This document shows, in pieces, positions 60,913-64,000 of a DNA stretch of 64,000 nt; position 1 is the stretch's first letter; each line of letters begins with the position of its first letter. Origin of the DNA: an uncultured archaeon (GTDB lineage: Archaea; Thermoproteota; Bathyarchaeia; Bathyarchaeales; Bathycorpusculaceae). The DNA lies in the NCBI GenBank assembly GCA_963782915.1, contig CAWALK010000019.1, positions 96,001 through 160,000 on the forward strand, in the 5' to 3' direction. Both the position numbers and the translations under genes were made by a program. Below the pieces are notes generated by a model. The model was not told the origin of the DNA. It did not search any database and was given only the letters and a program-made list of their open reading frames with translations.

Positions 60913-62931
60913 CTAGTTATCGATTAGTTTTACCTGCGGTGGTTTCCAACCCATCTTTATTTTCTCCAAGTCGGGAACATACAAGCGCAATAGTACGTCT
61001 AGGTCTCTATCTTCACGGTTTATGGGTAACCAGTTCTCCTCAGGAAGAGCCGCAGGTTTTTTAGCACTTATAAAAATCTCGATATCACCCTCTACATTTT
61101 CTTTAATGCCAGTCGAATGCTTGTTTTTATCGTTAGGGACCAACAAACCGTTTTTCAAATCATATAACGTAACTGACCATGCCTTGGCAGGGGGTAATTC
61201 ATCCTTGCTTATATGCAAAGAATAATCATGCAACGCATTGAAGGGTTTTTCATCCGTCACCAAAAGTGGAAAATACAACATTTCCTCTGAGGGCAAACCA
61301 ATAGGGCTTATTATTGATTGAACATACTCGGTTTCCAAGTCAATTTCTCCTTTAGATCTATATTGCTGAAAAAACATGCGCTCCTGTGTCTGCAAATCTT
61401 TTTGTTTAATTTTCGCTTCATTAATTATCTGTTGAGCTACCTCACGGAAATATGGTAAATCGATTTTGGGAACTCTGGTTGGGTCAAAATCTTTTCCCGG
61501 AACTATACCCAACGGTTCATAAGCCGCTAAAAAGGCCCTGTCCATCTCGATGCTAGGATCAAACGTTGTATGATTCATTATGAACTGTATGACTTCGAGT
61601 AGGTTAGTTCCAAAGACTTCAACCTGTGTTTTACCAAATGCGGGAAAATGTGGGTCCACACTATCTTTTGCAGATTCGCCAAGCCATTGACTCATTGATC
61701 TCAAGCTGGTCGGCTCCACCTCTGAAAAAAGTTGTTCCTTAGAGTCAACTGTTTTAGGAAGAACCCGTAGTAGAGCAATTATAAAGTCACAATCAACCTC
61801 AATATACCAGTCGACGCCCTTAACTGATTGTCCAGTATAATCTTCTGTGCGCTTCGAATAAAACAGAAGGGTAGTTGCTTTCTTGAAATCGCCTTTCGTT
61901 GTTGAAAGCGGTACTTTGCAGTAATGATCAAACCCAGAAATTTCTAACGACACATATCTTGCACTGATCGCGGGATACTGAATTATTATAGGTTCTTTTC
62001 GCAAGTCGAGTAGGGCTAACTGAATTAAGAGATCATTTTCAAAACGGGGAATTGCGTTAAAGTCATTTGTTGGAGGCATGAACGTTTTTGTTTGATTCCA
62101 ACCGCCTAAAGCATCAGCTTCATCCAAGGCAAGTTTGTTTATGAAGTTATACAACGCCACATATTGCTCCGAACGCATAACGATGTTTCGAATCTGGGTA
62201 TAGGTAAGAACTTTTTTCTTTTCACTGGGTTCTTTTTCTGCTGGCAAAATTTTCGCTTTTTCTCCAGTCTTGCGGTATCGTCCGAAAGCATCAGTTAGAA
62301 GCTTTAAAACGTTGGAACTACGCGGGACTTCCATGATCTGACCAACACCGGGTTCGCCTTCTTCTGTTGTAACAGGTTTTTTGGTTGGCGTCGGAGCTTT
62401 GTTGGTTAATCCCAAAAGCAAGCTTTCTCCACCTAATATTAAGAAAACTATTGCCATTAGGTACGCTAAAAGATAAAAAAGGCCTGTTGGCGAAGCAATG
62501 GCTGCAATCGCTAAACCAATCAGGGTAATTCCTATGGTAATTGTCAAAATTCTACGCCAACGTGAAAGACCTTCCGAAAACCCTCCGTTGGCTATCCTTG
62601 TTGCACCGAAAATAAACAAGCCTATTATGATAGGTATGACCAGCACACGGACAATTAATGTAGGAATCGCTATCATAATTATGCCGACTGCAATCGCAAG
62701 TGAGTCAAAAGCAACATTGGTTTCTCTGAGTCTTTTTTGAGGACCGCTCAACCTGATATCGGCAACAAGCTTGAGGAGATGTACAATTAAAAGGTCAAGT
62801 CCAAATATTATCGCAAGTGTTATGAGGCCAGCTTCAGGGTTAGCAAATGCAACGATGGCAAAAATAATGAAGACCATCCCCTTGGATATTTCAAAGGCGC
62901 GTGCTCTACCGTGAGCTTTCTGATAAGTCAA
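60913..62931 (-). CDS. HdeD/DUF308 membrane domain fused to DUF1254/DUF1214-like soluble domain
   Basis: Six N-terminal TM helices; PPAKAWSVTLYD, NWLP, LRLYVP. Confidence 0.75.
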   Translation of the reverse strand: MTYQKAHGRARAFEISKGMVFIIFAIVAFANPEAGLITLAIIFGLDLLIVHLLKLVADIRLSGPQKRLRETNVAFDSLAIAVGIIMIAIPTLIVRVLVIPIIIGLFIFGATRIANGGFSEGLSRWRRILTITIGITLIGLAIAAIASPTGLFYLLAYLMAIVFLILGGESLLLGLTNKAPTPTKKPVTTEEGEPGVGQIMEVPRSSNVLKLLTDAFGRYRKTGEKAKILPAEKEPSEKKKVLTYTQIRNIVMRSEQYVALYNFINKLALDEADALGGWNQTKTFMPPTNDFNAIPRFENDLLIQLALLDLRKEPIIIQYPAISARYVSLEISGFDHYCKVPLSTTKGDFKKATTLLFYSKRTEDYTGQSVKGVDWYIEVDCDFIIALLRVLPKTVDSKEQLFSEVEPTSLRSMSQWLGESAKDSVDPHFPAFGKTQVEVFGTNLLEVIQFIMNHTTFDPSIEMDRAFLAAYEPLGIVPGKDFDPTRVPKIDLPYFREVAQQIINEAKIKQKDLQTQERMFFQQYRSKGEIDLETEYVQSIISPIGLPSEEMLYFPLLVTDEKPFNALHDYSLHISKDELPPAKAWSVTLYDLKNGLLVPNDKNKHSTGIKENVEGDIEIFISAKKPAALPEENWLPINREDRDLDVLLRLYVPDLEKIKMGWKPPQVKLIDN

Positions 62932-63187
62932 GCAAAAACCTCTTTGTGTTAGCCTAAAAAGAGTTTACTTATCGAAGAATACATAAACTATTGTGGTTGC
63001 GAAAGAACAGCAAATAAGCAGCTTATACTTTTTTTCACTTCATAGCTGTATAGACCACTTTAGGGTTTTTTCAATCAACCCCATAAACAATCTGTTAGTG
63101 ACCACAGCGCTAACGGCTTTAACGGATTTCTACCGCAAACGATAAACCCCTCGCAACCAGCAAAACTGGCTAAAGAGGCCACATTTG

Positions 63188-64000
63188 ATGAGTAACGCCG
63201 CAGATATTGCAAAGGTTTCAGCTAAAGGCGGATTCAACGTCCTTTGGGGTCTGGTTTTCTCAGCGATTATTTCATCTGTCGGCGTAATCTTCATCGCTCG
63301 CCTGCTCGGCTCGGATGCGTATGGTCTATACACTATCGCACTAACTGCCCCTAATTTATTTTTGATTTTTAGGGATTGGGGTATGACTTATGCGATGATC
63401 CGGTTCACTGCTAAGTATCGTGCTGAGGGTCGGATGGATGAAGTTAGAAGTGTTTTACTGTCGGGCTTAATTTTTGAGTTAGCGTCCGGTTTAGTGCTTT
63501 GTTTAGTGTCCTTTGGGTTGTCCGATTATTTGGCGGGCACTGATTTTTAATCGCCCAATGTTGGCGCCATTAATGCAAATTGCTTCATTCTATATTTTGG
63601 CCAGTGCAGTGGTCAGTGCTGTCTCAGCTGCTTTCACGGGTTTAGAGCGTATGGCCTTAAACAGTGTAATGACTATTTGTCAATCGATCATTAAGACGGT
63701 CCTAATTATTTCGCTTGTTCTCTTGGGGTTCGGTACTTCAGGGGCAGTCATCGGCTTGACTACAGCAGTTTTTATCGCTGGATTGATTGGCGTAGCGTTT
63801 CTCTTAGTGATCTATAAGTCGCTGCCAAAACCAATCAGCTTCAAACTTGAAATCAAAGAATACCTAAAAGAGATGCTCATCTACGGCATCCCCCTCTCGC
63901 TTGCTGTTTTAGTTGCTAGCTTTATGGCGCAATACTATGCGTTTCTGTTGCCAATATACTACGTTTCGGATAACAGCGTGATTGGCAATTATGGTATAGC
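63188..64000 (+). CDS. Oligosaccharide flippase (Wzx/MOP family), frameshift near 63545, runs off the window
   Basis: ARLLGSDAYGLY, hydrophobic helices continuing in another frame. Confidence 0.85.

Noticed and set aside
8360-63550. Frameshifts in the PAS kinase, GH3 ligase, integrase, EF-2, nitroreductase and flippase as programmed frameshifting or true pseudogenes
   Set aside because: Single-base slips in many unrelated genes, often at short homopolymers (for example TCACCCTTGCC in EF-2), point to sequencing/assembly indels; cannot be settled without reads

Overview
Archaeal genomic window, most likely Bathyarchaeia (inferred from gene content: archaeal porCDAB, AfpA, a stand-alone EF-2 paralogue, orphan multi-PAS kinases, Pro/Thr-rich surface proteins). 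Bases ~1.4-20.1 kb look like a composite integrated element. A tyrosine recombinase sits directly 3' of tRNA-Asn(GTT), and an 18-bp near-copy of that tRNA's 3' end lies at 1385-1402. Inside the island the most striking structure is an apparent gene-cassette array (13082-16240). Three full ~136-138 bp repeats with AAGGCCTTC...GAAGRCCTT inverted ends, plus two degenerate copies, alternate one-for-one with single unrelated genes, and two of those genes have stop codons that overlap the repeat end. The repeats do not match the integron attC consensus. Also seen: an orphan tRNA-Thr 3' half, intragenic palindromes with compensatory changes, two candidate structured non-coding RNAs with their own TATA boxes (46981-47099 +, ~7868-8005 -) and several unannotated micro-ORFs. 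The rest (20-64 kb) is largely ordinary metabolic, signalling and surface-protein genes. Many genes are broken by single-base frameshifts, which I read as assembly indels rather than biology.
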